Positions 14,841 through 29,151 are shown, counted from the stretch's first letter. The stretch: DNA of 64,000 nucleotides from Eledone cirrhosa (GCA_964016885.1 OZ024750.1:38440001-38504000), one strand, 5' to 3'. The notes: generated from the sequence alone by a model not told the origin. A program made the numbers and translations.

Positions 14841-15394
14841 TAGGACATAAATGATGAAATAGAAAGATAGAGTGAGAAGAGGAAGGACTGGAAATACATT
14901 TTTGATAAAAAGCACGTGTCTATTCAGTCAGCCATTTTGGAGATACCTGTTTTTATGGGACATAGTACAAATACCAAGATGCCGTCTTTGTTCCAAAGCA
15001 GGAACGTTGAGTATATTCTGAGCTGCTCAGAAACACTGAATGAGGGACGTTATCGCTTGATTGGGTCCTCAAAATCATCGCCGAAACAACCAGCAAGGAC
15101 ATCAGAAACAGTAAACACAAATGCTACCCCTAGGAAGATAATCCTTGTTAAGGATGAGGGGCTGGTGAACAATCTAAGAGGAGACTTAGAACTGTTCTGC
15201 CGGTTTCATTACAAAAGACCGAATAGCCGGAACAAATACCGCAAAGTATTCTATCAGACAGTCTAATGACTCCAGCTTACCAAAAGGATTATAGGGATAT
15301 GAAACATTCGAAAGAAGATTCGGAAATAAGGGGAGGATACTCTATCAGTGACTTAGTGTGAGATCACAGTATCCCGAGGAGGGAGAAAATGTCA

Positions 15395-15582
15395 CTTTTG
15401 GTGCCATCGTCTTAATTAACAGGCTTGATAGGCCAGAGGAAATGTTACGCCTTGGGGTCCCGATAGTCCTTCATTGAGGAAAGTTACCGAGTGGACTGGA
15501 ACAACGGGAAATAAAGTGTCTTGTACAAGGACACAACGGGCCGCCCAATTTGGGCATCGAACACACGATCTTACGATCGCGA
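15395..15582 (-). mobile_element. tRNA/CORE-type SINE of a second family, 5'-truncated
   Basis: Minus strand has a B-box GTTCGATGC followed by TTGTGTCCTTGTACAAGACACTTTA (CORE-like). Confidence 0.6.
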
Positions 15583-15637
15583 TATATATATATAGATAGA
15601 TAGATATAGATGTATGTATGTACGTGTGTATATATGT

Positions 15638-16519
15638 GTTTCCATCAGATGTGTCTCAGATGGATCCATGGCGTTCACTGGAGGGACCACATCAGTGATG
15701 TCGAGATTTTGGAAAGCTCTATGTGTGACAGTATAGAAGCTCTAGTGCTTAAGCAACGACTCCGTTGGAGTGGTCACCTTGCCAGGATGAAGGATTCTAT
15801 AATACCAAAACAACTCTTTTATGGAGAGTTAGTTAAAGGAAAAAAGGAAAACGACCGCCACATAAACCAAAAAAGAGGTATAAGGATTCCTTGAAAGCCT
15901 CTTTGAAAGACGCTAACATCTCTGCTGATACATGGGAAAATATTGCTGCTGGTCGTAATAAATGGAGAAAGACTGTATATGAGGGAAAAGTTGCCTTTGA
16001 GGCATCTCGAATCGCATACGAGAAAGTAAAGCGGGATGTGAGGAAGGGCATTGCTTTTGCACTTCCAGACGGCGAGGGTCCTCCTATGGTGCTGACATGC
16101 AGCGTCTGTGCGAGACTCTGCCTAAGCAAAGCTGGACTCGAAAGTCATCTTCGCAGTCATAAAGCAAGACCAGTGGTTGACTCCCAGGCTGCTGTTGGAG
16201 ATGCTACTCATCATGCTTGCCAAGCATGCAGTAGAGAATGTAAATCAGCAGGAGGGCTCAAACGACATGCAAAAGTACATGAACTCCAACCACAGCCGGC
16301 TATTCCCAGTGAATGTTTTGGTTGCCGACTCTGTGCAAGACATTTTAGATATTTGGCTGGGCTAAAAAGCCACATTCGATCGCAGCGCTGTTAATTGCTA
16401 TCGTGTGTGTGTGTGTATAGATATGTTTATGTGTGTGCGTGTGTGTGTATATATATATGCATATTATTATTGTTGTTGTTGTCGTTATTATTATTGTTGT
16501 TATTATTATTATTATTGTT

Positions 16520-16550
<31 letters not shown>

Positions 16551-16612
16551 CTCGTGCCATGGCCATACTCGATAACGAGGGGGCAGCCATCATGTATGTA
16601 TGTATATCTGTA
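15638..16612 (+). mobile_element. RTE-clade LINE 3' portion with three C2H2-type zinc fingers
   Basis: FHQMCLR..I....WRDHI, RLRWSGHLARM, IPKQLFYGEL, then three CxxC..GL..H fingers. 3' end CTCGATAACGAG..GGCAGCCATCA(TGTA)n, split from the ORF by microsatellites. Confidence 0.88.
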
Positions 16613-17174
16613 TGTACGGAGTACAATTTCGTTGTTCTCTGTGACAGGTCCGGCTGACGACACTACGGAACGTAGAGTGCTTATTCCGAACCACAACTAT
16701 ACCTTACCTCCAAGAAATTCCATCCATCTGAAAGTTTTCCGGAGAAGGCCGTTCAGTACATCTACATCAAAACCCATCTAGAGTATCATCTAGTCAGCAC
16801 CAAATCCTTTATATACTACATTGCTTAATTGCTAGTTTCAGATTTTAGCCCCTTCTCTTGGTCTATGCTTTTTCTAGGATCCATTGACCAGTTAAACACA
16901 TGAAATTGTTTTTGATAAACGATTGCCACACGTGATCACCGTCTTTGAACCTATGTTGCAACATCAGTGCACACTAGTAGCAGCCCAGGTATTCTGAGAT
17001 CATCCCTCCAGGATACATGTTGGCATCGAACGGACATTCTGAATAAAGGGATCTGTTCTGTCTACATGACGAGGAAGAGCTGAAGTTCCAATCTTTTTAG
17101 GGACCAAAGGCACTTCCGCTATCTTTGATCCACCTTCCAGGGATAGATGTTTTTCGTTCTATCTGCCAACTTGA

Positions 17175-19405
17175 TTACACCCCACCACAATACACCACAC
17201 CACACCACACTACACCACACACTACACCACACCACACTACACTACAACACACCACCCCACATCCCACACCACACTACACTAAACCACATCACACCACACT
17301 ACACCAAACCACACCACACTACACCACACCACCCCACATCCCACACCACACCATACTACACCACACTACACTACTCTGCACTACACCACACCACCGCACA
17401 TCCCACACCACACAAGACCACACCACACCTCCCCATATCCCACACCACACCACACCACACTACACCACATCCTACACCACACCACACCTCCCCACATCCC
17501 ACCACCCCATATCCCACAGCACACCACACCACAGCACACCACACCACACCACATCCCATACCACACCACACCACACCACACTACACCACACCTCCCACAT
17601 CCCACACCACACCACACCACACCACACCCCACATCCCACACAGCACCCCCCCACACCACACCACACCACACCTCACTATACCACACCACACCAAACCACG
17701 CCACACCTACCCACATCCCACCACACCACACAACACAACACAACACAACACAACACAACACAACACAACACAACACAACACAACACAACACAACACAACA
17801 CAACACAACACAACACAACACAACACAACACAACACAACACAACACAACACAACACAACACAACACAACACAACACAACACAACACTACACTACACTACA
17901 CTACACTACACTACACTACACTACACTACACTACACTACACTACATACCACATACCACATACCACATACCACATACCACACCACACCACACCACACCACA
18001 CCACACCACACCACACCACACCACACCACACCACACCACACCACACCACACCACACCACACCACACCACACTACACTACACTACACTACACTACACTACA
18101 CTACACTACACTACACTACACTACACCACCCGACGTCCAACACCACAGCAAACTATATCACACCACACTACACCACACACCCCACCACAATACACCACAC
18201 CACACCACACTACACCACACACTACACCAGACCACACTACACTACAACACATCACCCCACATCCCACACCACACTACACCACACTAAACCACATCACACC
18301 ACACTACACCAAACCAAACCACACTACACCACACCACCCCACATCCCACACCACACCATACTACACCACACCACACTACACTACTCTACACTACACCACA
18401 CCACACTACACCAACACTACACTACATTACACTACACCACACCACACCACACTACACCACACCACACCACACCACATCAGACCACACTACACCACACCAC
18501 ACTACACTACACCACACCACACTACACCACACTACACCACACCACACCACATCACCCCACATGCCACACCACACCACACCACACCACACTACACTACACC
18601 ACACCACACTACCCTACACTACACTACACTACACTACACTACACTACACTACACTACACCACATCACCTCACATGCCACACCACACCACACCACACCACA
18701 CCACGCCACACCACACCACACTACCCCACACCACACTACACCACACTACACTACACTACACTACACTACACCACATCACATCACCCCACATGCCACACCA
18801 CAACACACCACACCACACTACACCACACCACACTACACTACACTACACTACACCACACCACATCACCCCACATGCCACACCACACCACTCCACACCACAC
18901 CACACTACACTACACCACACCACACTACACCACACTATACTACACTACACTACACTACAAAACACCACACCGCATCACCCCACATGCCACACCACACCAC
19001 ACCACACCACGCCACTCCACACCACACCACACTACACCAGACCACACCACACCACACCACACCACACCACACTACACTACAATACACCCCACATGCCACG
19101 CCACGCCACACCACACCACACCACACCACACCAGACCACACCACACCACACTACACTACACTACACTACACTACACTACACTACACTACACCACATCACC
19201 CCACATACCACACCACACCACACCACACCACACCACACTACACTACACCACACCACACCACACCACACTACACTACACTACACTACACTACACCACACCA
19301 CACCACACCACACCACACCACACCACACCACACCACACCACACTACACCATACCACACCATACCACACCACACCACACCACACCACACCACACTACACTA
19401 CACCC
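17175..19405. repeat. Compound pentanucleotide satellite (CACCA/CACAA/CACTA)n
   Basis: 5-bp periodicity with homogeneous blocks and internal duplications (17180-17370 resembles 18180-18380). Confidence 0.95.
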
Positions 19406-19482
19406 ATAAATACCCTTCCCTAGACCCACACTCCAACCAAGCACCAATTTAACCATACGCCCCCTCCACCTTTATATCTGCC

Positions 19483-19618
19483 AGTTACGTCCCTTTATGG
19501 TCTGAGTTCAAATCCCGTCGAGGTCAATTTTGCCTTTCATCCTTACGGGGTCGATAAAATAAAGTACCAGTAATGTAATAAGTATTTTCTGGCCTTGTGC
19601 CAAAAGTAGCAACAATTA
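19483..19618 (+). mobile_element. tRNA-derived SINE, 5'-truncated
   Basis: B-box GAGTTCAAATCC plus the family body and tail. Confidence 0.85.
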
Positions 19619-19669
19619 TATATATACAGCATATATACACACACACTACTGGACTGAGAACGTACATAC

Positions 19670-19739
<70 letters not shown>

Positions 19740-20556
19740 GGAGGTGAGTTTTATTGTAGTACAATAAAGCAATGCAGATATCGGATAAGAACTCTTTTCT
19801 TCGCACATATTATCAATTCCTTCAATATACAAACCTTAACTTTACATTATTTTTCTCAAATCCTTCAATACACAAACCTTAATAATTTTTTCTCTTCGTT
19901 AATTTTCAAATTTCCATAATACTTGTAAACATACACACAATTTTTTTTGACGTTAGAATATTCATCCGCAATACATTATTTCTTTCTCTCTATCATCAAA
20001 CTTTTTAATCTCAATACATATTAACTCCCTCTCCTTCTTCGTACATATTTTTCCCTTCGTTAATTTTCAAATTCTTTTAATTTATACATTATCTTCCAAC
20101 GGTTTTCAACCTCTCTATGTAAAACAATATATCTTTTCTCAGTTATAAAAACTATCTCTTTCTCTCTATCACCCATCTCTCCCTCTCCACCTTCACTCTC
20201 ATCTCCTCCCCTTTTTTTCATCCTTTCCACCCCCCCTCTCTAAACAAAATATTTTCCTAATATCACACATCAATCTAAAATTACTTTTCATATGTTGATT
20301 TAAAACTGCACTATCCACAAGTGTTTTTTAGCCTTCATATCATGTCCTCCTGTTTTATCTGACGAAAACACAAATATTATTGCATGATGATGTTTGTTTT
20401 TGAAATGCGCATAATAAAATACATGGAACTCCTTTAACCATCTTTTGATCTTATATATATATATATATATATATATATAACGAAGGAAATGTGGTAAGGA
20501 ACCAGGTGGACCATAACGCACCAAAGTACTCAATACTTAGGGTAGTAGAGTGGGTA

Positions 20557-20672
20557 ATAGGAACGAGTAGGACCCCGACAGCTGAGCTCAAGCCGTTTCG
20601 ACGGCTAATTCTGGACAGAATTAGCCGTCGAAACGGCTTGAGCTCAGCCGCCGGGGTCCTACTCGTTCCTAT
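20557..20672. repeat. Near-perfect ~57-bp-arm hairpin at the end of a dispersed repeat (20488-20560, also at 44548-44620)
   Basis: ATAGGAACGAGTAGGACCCC...AATTCTG-GA-CAGAATT...GGGGTCCTACTCGTTCCTAT, with 2 imperfect pairs. Confidence 0.92.
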
Positions 20673-20762
20673 ATATATATATATATATATATATCGAAAC
20701 GCTTGAGCTCTGCCGTCAGGGTCATACATGTGCCTATATATATATATCTATATATATATATA

Positions 20763-21367
20763 TCAGGTCACCAGTTGGTGCTACTGGTAACATGTATCCC
20801 AGTATAACCTGTCTCATGGTCGGGTCGTTGGCGACTAAACTGACAACCCCACCAAGGTTTCTTGGTGAGGAGGGTGACTTTGGACATCCTGCAGGACTAA
20901 AAACAAAACCTGTCAAAGGGCAAAGGAGCTCTTAAGAGTCAATGGCCATCCAAAATCACCGGGAGAGATGACCCCTTAGCCTTTGTCAAGGCAGAATTCT
21001 AGGAGAAGGAAATCTCTGATATAACACCTGCAACCCTGATGCTATCCAATGATGTTGACTTGTTCTTCTTTTTGGTACATATCATCTTGTTTAAGAGAGT
21101 GGGACTGGCTTTGTGCAGTGCCTTTGCTCACTATAAAAGCTTCACGGCACAGGCATTGCTTTATATCTGGAGATCTCTCTGCACTTGTCGTCACATGGTA
21201 CCATGGGCCCAGCACTATGTGTCAATAATTGTCAAAAGTGTAGTGTTTGTACCAGAGTTTTCATGTCGCTGGCTGGACTAAAAAGTCACACTCGTTCAGC
21301 GCATCCGTAGGGGTTCTCCTACATGGATATAAAGTAGTGGCCGTACTGGAAAACGAGTTGGCAGCCA

Positions 21368-21370
<3 letters not shown>
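20763..21370 (+). mobile_element. ~605-bp non-autonomous RTE-derived element, copy 1
   Basis: Near-identical to copies at 24206, 48987, 58675 and 59634. 3' end resembles the RTE 3' end at 16560-16605. Confidence 0.85.
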
Positions 21371-21403
<33 letters not shown>

Positions 21404-21461
21404 AGGGCGGTGCCCCAGCATGGCCTCAGCATATGGCTGGAATAGGTAAAAGAGTAAAATA

Positions 21462-21560
<99 letters not shown>

Positions 21561-21691
21561 GGAGGGAGGGAGAGAGAGAGAGACGGAGAGAGAGAGAGAG
21601 AGACCCGGGTTCAATCGAGGTACCCACAGATTTCTTTCGAATGAGACAGTTCTAATCTTGTAGAATGCATTTCTATATTATATATATAGAT

Positions 21692-22695
21692 ATGTTTCTT
21701 TATTAGCCACAGGGGCACAAAAGAAGGGGACAAATACAAAGGGGGAAGTTTACATACAATAAAAACGTGCAAAATACTATCACAACGAGTAAAATACTAT
21801 CACAAACGTGTAAAATACTATCACAACGAGTAAAATACTATCACAAACGTGTAAAATGCTATCACAACGAGTAAAATACTATCACAAACGTGTAAAATAC
21901 TATCACAACGAGTAAAATACTATCACAAACATGTAAAATACTATCACAACGAGTAAAATACTATCACAAACGTGTAAAATGCTATCACAACGAGTAAAAT
22001 ACTATCACAAACGTGTAAAATGCTATCACAAACGTGTAAAATGCTATCACAACGAGTAAAATACTATCACAAACGTGTAAAATGCTATCACAACGAGTAA
22101 AATACTATCACAAACGTGTAAAATACTATCACAACGAGTAAAATACTATCACAAGCGTGTAAAATACTATCACAACGAGTAAAATACTATCACAAACGTG
22201 TAAAATGCTATCACAACGAGTAAAATACTATCACAAACGTGTAAAATGCTATCACAAACGTGTAAAATACTATCACAACGAGTAAAATACTATCACAAAC
22301 GTGTAAAATGCTATCACAAACGTGTAAAATACTATCACAAACGTGTAAAATACTATCACAAATTTAAAATTAATCGATTTTCCCCAATAGGGGGAGACAT
22401 TACATATGAGTAACACATACCCCCGAAAAAAATGTGCAACCCTCATCTCCAGGCGTACGAAGTGTGAGTACCCCTTCCTCTCTTCCTCTTTTTCCTCAAC
22501 TGATATAGAGAGAAGGCCCATTTACTCGGGCCATTCTCGCCACTTTCACCCACCTTTCATAAAACTTGCTGGGGTACAGCACCTCTCTCTCCACCCTGAT
22601 TCTTCTTCCAAAGTGGTATTTGGAAAAAAGAATCAGTTGTTGGCCGGAGAGGAAGGTGTCTAACCTCAGCCCTTTTAACCTCGTCCACCATACAA
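21692..22695 (-). mobile_element. Tx1/L1-like LINE 3' end
   Basis: Minus strand [39 protein letters not shown]...ERWVKVARM, homologous to 53400-53595; AATAAAGAAA terminus. Confidence 0.8.
21769..22361. repeat. 20/21-bp alternating minisatellite inside the LINE 3' UTR
   Basis: GTAAAATACTATCACAACGA alternating with GTAAAATACTATCACAAACGT. Confidence 0.95.
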
Positions 22696-22711
22696 GATAG
22701 ATAGATAGATA

Positions 22712-22818
<107 letters not shown>

Positions 22819-22835
22819 TATATAAATATATATAC

Positions 22836-22894
<59 letters not shown>

Positions 22895-22926
22895 TATATA
22901 CATATATATATATAAATATATATATA

Positions 22927-23014
<88 letters not shown>

Positions 23015-23360
23015 AATTCAAAATATTAATAAATATAGACATTCAGCGTAATCAAAATAGCAGATTTATTATATATATTTCGGAGGTACTGTGGTGTTTT
23101 TCAGTAAATAATTTCTCAAATACGGATATTTACATATTTAAATATTTAAATATTTAACATTTATGTACTTATGTTATTATGTAGTTATTTATTTTATTTA
23201 TGTATTTTTTTCTACACTTTCTCCTACTCACCCTCTCCATTATATTTAGTTTGTCATGTTAGTACTTATGGTATATAAATATTGAGTTTTGTTGTAATTA
23301 ATCACTGCCAAGACTGGTATTGAACTATCAGCACAGTTGAGGTATGTCATACATCAATTT

Positions 23361-23432
23361 ATATATTTTATCTGATGAGGACGTACTGAAAAAACCGCAC
23401 AATACCTCCGAAATATATATAATAAAATATAT
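23361..23432 (+). ncRNA. Type I hammerhead ribozyme within a pLTR/retrozyme-like element (23011-23660)
   Basis: Stem I ATATATTTTAT/ATAAAATATAT (11 bp), CTGATGA, stem II GGA...TCC, GAAA, palindromic TATATA, UA cleavage site. Inverted partial copy at 23011-23106. Confidence 0.75.
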
Positions 23433-23465
23433 TTTGATTACGTTGAATATCTATATTTATTAATA

Positions 23466-23620
23466 GTTTCTACTTTTGGCACAAGGCCAGCAATTATCCA
23501 GTGCATTACTGGTACTTTATTTTATCGACCTCGTAAGGATGAAAGGCAAAGTCAACCTCGGCGGGATTTGAACTCAGATCGTAAAGGGACGTAACTATGC
23601 TGGAAAGCATGGCGTTCGAC
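23466..23620 (-). mobile_element. tRNA-derived SINE nested in the hammerhead element
   Basis: Family sequence in reverse; flanking direct repeat TCTATATTTATTAATA at ~23450 and 23631. Confidence 0.85.
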
Positions 23621-23752
23621 CTATATTTCGTCTATATTTATTAATATTTTGAATTATATTAATAACTCCAGAAACCTCTTCTGGTTGAGTGCTTCTAATC
23701 TATTGTAAAGCTATATTCATTGATTTATCAATGAACCTTGTTTAACTTTTGG

Positions 23753-23802
<50 letters not shown>

Positions 23803-24030
23803 AAACATAAATTATCGAGATTCGCATTTCGGCCCACGGAATAACGAAAAACAACCTCCGAGATGTGTGGCAAGTGCTCAATGATTCAGATGAACCAGAG
23901 CTATAACAAACGTTAAAGGCCAAACACACTGAGACGATGGTTAAACAATCATTCGCATAGCCCCCCAAATAAAACGATCAAGTAATTCGGGTATTGAAAA
24001 TATATATATATATATATAGATAGATAGATA

Positions 24031-24130
<100 letters not shown>

Positions 24131-24131
24131 A

Positions 24132-24186
<55 letters not shown>

Positions 24187-24205
24187 ATATATATATATAT
24201 ATATA

Positions 24206-24763
24206 TGTCTCATGGTCGGGTCGTTGGCGACTAAACTGGCAACCCCACCAAGGTTTCTTGGTGAGGAGGGTGACTTTGGACATCCTGCAGGACTAAAAAC
24301 AAAACCTGTCAAAGGGCAAAGGAGCTCTTAAGAGTCAATGGCCATCCAAAATCACTGGGAGAGATGACCCCTTAGCCTTTGTCAAGGCAGAATTCTAGGA
24401 GAAGGAAAACTCTGATATAACACCTGCAACCCTGATGGTATCCAATGATGTTGACTTGTTCTTCTTTTTGGTAAATATCATCTTGGTTAAGAGAGTGGGA
24501 CTGGCTTTGTGCAGTGCCTTTGCTCACTATAAAAGCTTCACGGCACAGGCATTGCTTTGTATCTGGAGATCTCTCTGCACTTGTCGTCACATGGTACCAA
24601 AGGTAAAGCACTATGTGTCAATAATTGTCACAAGTGTAGTGTTTGTACCAGAGTTTTCAAGTCGCTGGCTGGACTAAAAAGTCACACTCGTTCAGAGCAT
24701 CGGTAGGGGTTCTCCTACATGGATATAAAGTAGAGGCCGTACTCGAAAACGAGTTGGCAGCCA

Positions 24764-24766
<3 letters not shown>
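24206..24766 (+). mobile_element. ~605-bp RTE-derived element, copy 2 (5'-truncated)
   Basis: Matches copy 1; flanked by (TA)n. Confidence 0.85.
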
Positions 24767-24798
<32 letters not shown>

Positions 24799-24816
24799 TA
24801 TATAGATAGATAGATA

Positions 24817-24896
<80 letters not shown>

Positions 24897-24964
24897 TATA
24901 TATAGATAGATAGATAGATAGATAGATAATGTATATATATATATGTATGTATGTATGTATATAT

Positions 24965-25064
<100 letters not shown>

Positions 25065-25099
25065 TGTATATATATATATGTATGTATGTATGTATATAT

Positions 25100-25243
<144 letters not shown>

Positions 25244-25281
25244 TTGCGAGGTTTTTTATATGAAATCGTGTGTCGAAACAG

Positions 25282-26767
25282 ATATTGTTATATTTGGGGA
25301 GGGTCATATTTGCGTAATATTGCCAGAATTAATAACAGAACACACTCACTGTTTGGTTGGTTTTCGCTTCTCGCTGTCTTTTATATATATATATCTGCGA
25401 TCTAACTTACTCGGTCCTCAATGTTGCCATTGACTGACCGGCGGTCAAAAATAATACAGATACAATATAGACAAACACATATATATATAGTTTACATAAA
25501 TCTTTCGTTGCACATCTGCAACATCGTCAGTGGTGTTATATTCATTGTTCCTCCTGTTGTGTTGTATGTCTACGCCATTTTTTTTGTTCAGTCTGTCTAT
25601 ATATTTATTTATTTATTTGCTTGTTTGTTTATCTTATTTTATTTTGTCTTCTTTGCGCATGCGTTTGCGTGTGTGTATAGTGTTATGTGTGATGTGTGAC
25701 TAGTGTGTATAGTGTTGTGTCTGCTGGGTGACTAGTGTGTGTTTATGTGCTTGTGTATGTATTTATTTATCTTATTTTATTTAATTTAATTTACTTATTT
25801 ATTTATACTTCTCTTAGGTCAGTGTTGTTTGTTTGGGTGTTGTTGTTGTTCCACTCATTCTTTCTGTTTAGCTTTGGTCTTCTAATTTCTATTTCACTGG
25901 CCTCTCTGATTTGCCTATCTGCTGGGTCATTCCTATGTTTAGATATTATTCTAATTTCTATGTTGTCTATGTTACCGTCATGATGTTGTCTAGCATGTTC
26001 GTATAGTACTGACCCGTTTTTTCGTCCTTTTAGTTCCCCCCAGTGTTGGTCTATCCTTTCACCTATGCTACGAGCTGTCTCACCTATGTATGTTGTTGTC
26101 GTGTTTCTGCAAGTACCCTCTGTACATCTTATGCTATAGACTACGTTTCTAGTTTTACAGTTTATCCGGGGGTTCACCTTACATATGATACATTTCCTAT
26201 TGGTACAGTGGGTTTTCTTAAAAGGGTAGGTTTTGCTGATCAGGGATTTTATGGTGGTTCCTGGCTTTTCTACCACCTTTATTTTTAAGTGGGTCTTTCT
26301 CAGGGCCTTTCTACACTGGTTAGCTAATTTCCCTCCAGGGGTGGCGTCCACAAACATGACACTCTGATATCTCTGGTTGTCGTACCATGATGTGGCCTTC
26401 CCTATCTTATGTCTAGCCCTATTTAAGCTATTCCATGATTTGCTCCTGTATAGTGGGCAAATTCCTTTCATGTCCAGTTCTATGAGGGTCTTATACTTTT
26501 CCATGGCTCCTTCGTATACTCTGACTCTGTCTCTTTGGTTGTAGCCAGAGAACTGCATGCGGTTGATGAAGTGTTGGATGTGTCCTTCCATTTCTGTTGG
26601 GTCGCACATGCTGGACACATTCATCATCACTCGTACCAAATCTGCGATCAGAATATTAAACTTAGCACTACTGGACATTGCTGAGTTTTTGAGTATCAGG
26701 TATTTGGAGGCCATGGGTTTAGCATAGTGTGAGTGGAGAATTTGGGCTCTCTCGTCTATAGTCTATA
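25282..26767 (-). mobile_element. Penelope-like element 3' portion (RT thumb and GIY-YIG endonuclease), left arm of a palindrome
   Basis: 303-aa ORF 25803-26714 with NVVYSIRC...YIGETARSIGERIDQH, EASEI...PKLNRK and a Cys-rich linker. Confidence 0.92.
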
Positions 26768-26770
26768 GAT

Positions 26771-28249
26771 TATAGACTATAGACGAGAGAGCCCAAATTC
26801 TCCACTCACACTATGCTAAACCCATGGCCTCCAAATACCTGATACTCAAAAACTCAGCAATGTCCAGTAGTGCTAAGTTTAATATTCTGATCGCAGATTT
26901 GGTACGAGTGATGAAGAATGTGTCCAGCATGTGCGACCCAACAGAAATGGAAGGACACATCCAACACTTCATCAACCGCATGCAGTTCTCTGGCTACAAC
27001 CAAAGAGACAGAGTCAGAGTATACGAAGGAGCCATGGAAAAGTATAAGACCCTCATAGAACTGGACATGAAAGGAATTTGCCCACTATACAGGAGCAAAT
27101 CATGGAATAGCTTAGATAGGGCTAGACATAAGATAGGGAAGGCCACATCATGGTACGACAACCAGAGATATCAGAGTGTCATGTTTGTGGACGCCACCCC
27201 TGGAGGGAAATTAGCTAACCAGTGTAGAAGGGCCCTGAGAAAGACCCACTTAAAAATAAAGGTGGTAGAAAAGCCAGGAACCACCATAAAATCCCTGATC
27301 AGCAAAACCTACCCTTTTAAGAAAACCCACTGTACCAATAGGAAATGTATCATATGTAAGGTGAACCCCCGGATAAACTGTAAAACTAGAAACGTAGTCT
27401 ATAGCATAAGATGTACAGAGGGTACTTGCAGAAACACGACAACAACATACATAGGTGAGACAGCTCGTAGCATAGGTGAAAGGATAGACCAACACTGGGG
27501 GGAACTAAAAGGACGAAAAAACGGGTCAGTACTATACGAACATGCTAGACAACATCATGACGGTAACATAGACAACATAGAAATTAGAATAATATCTAAA
27601 CATAGGAATGACCCAGCAGATAGGCAAATCAGAGAGGCCAGTGAAATAGAAATTAGAAGACCAAAGCTAAACAGAAAGAATGAGTGGAACAACAACAACA
27701 CCCAAACAAACAACACTGACCTAAGAGAAGTATAAATAAATAAGTAAATTAAATTAAATAAAATAAGATAAATAAATACATACACAAGCACATAAACACA
27801 CACTAGTCACCCAGCAGACACAACACTATACACACTAGTCACACATCACACATAACACTATACACACACGCAAACGCATGCGCAAAGAAGACAAAATAAA
27901 ATAAGATAAACAAACAAGCAAATAAATAAATAAATATATAGACAGACTGAACAAAAAAAAATGGCGTAGACATACAACACAACAGGAGGAACAATGAATA
28001 TAACACCACTGACGATGTTGCAGATGTGCAACGAAAGATTTATGTAAACTATATATATATGTGTTTGTCTATATTGTATCTGTATTATTTTTGACCGCCG
28101 GTCAGTCAATGGCAACATTGAGGACCGAGTAAGTTAGATCGCAGATATATATATATAAAAGACAGCGAGAAGCGAAAACCAACCAAACAGTGAGTGTGTT
28201 CTGTTATTAATTCTGGCAATATTACGCAAATATGACCCTCCCCAAATAT

Positions 28250-28257
<8 letters not shown>
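26771..28257 (+). mobile_element. Penelope-like element 3' portion, right arm of the palindrome
   Basis: 303-aa ORF 26824-27735, 3 aa different from the left arm; ends in (TA)n. Confidence 0.92.
28001..28050 (+). ncRNA. Hammerhead-like motif in the Penelope 3' region (mirror copy ~25490-25540 on -)
   Basis: CTGACGA-T-GTTGCA-gatg-TGCAAC-GAAA-GATT-TA; stem I is weak. Confidence 0.6.
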
Positions 28258-28309
<52 letters not shown>

Positions 28310-28517
28310 AAAGTATGTGTCCTATATGTAATTAATACATACAGGGATACAATTATAGCCCGTATGCCAGTGTGGTTCAATAGCAAGTTAATAAATTAAC
28401 AAGCCAGTAAGTGCAGTGAATTTTTGGGAATTTAATTATTTATTATTATTTTTTAAGATATTCTCTGTGTTTACACTCCATTGATTTTATATATATACAC
28501 ATATATATATATGTATA

Positions 28518-29050
<533 letters not shown>

Positions 29051-29093
29051 CGTTAACAATAACCACAGCCTCGCCTTCCTCAATCCATATTTT

Positions 29094-29151
<58 letters not shown>

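Noticed and set aside
16620-17165. Possible degenerate coding fragment
   Set aside because: No motif I could assign with confidence in any frame.
17125-19452. 775- and 758-aa His/Thr/Pro ORFs
   Set aside because: Translation of the pentamer satellite.
21039-21281. Recurrent 80-aa ORF (MxSNDVD...) as a gene family
   Set aside because: It recurs only because it lies in the 605-bp repeat; the recognisable zinc-finger relic is in another frame.
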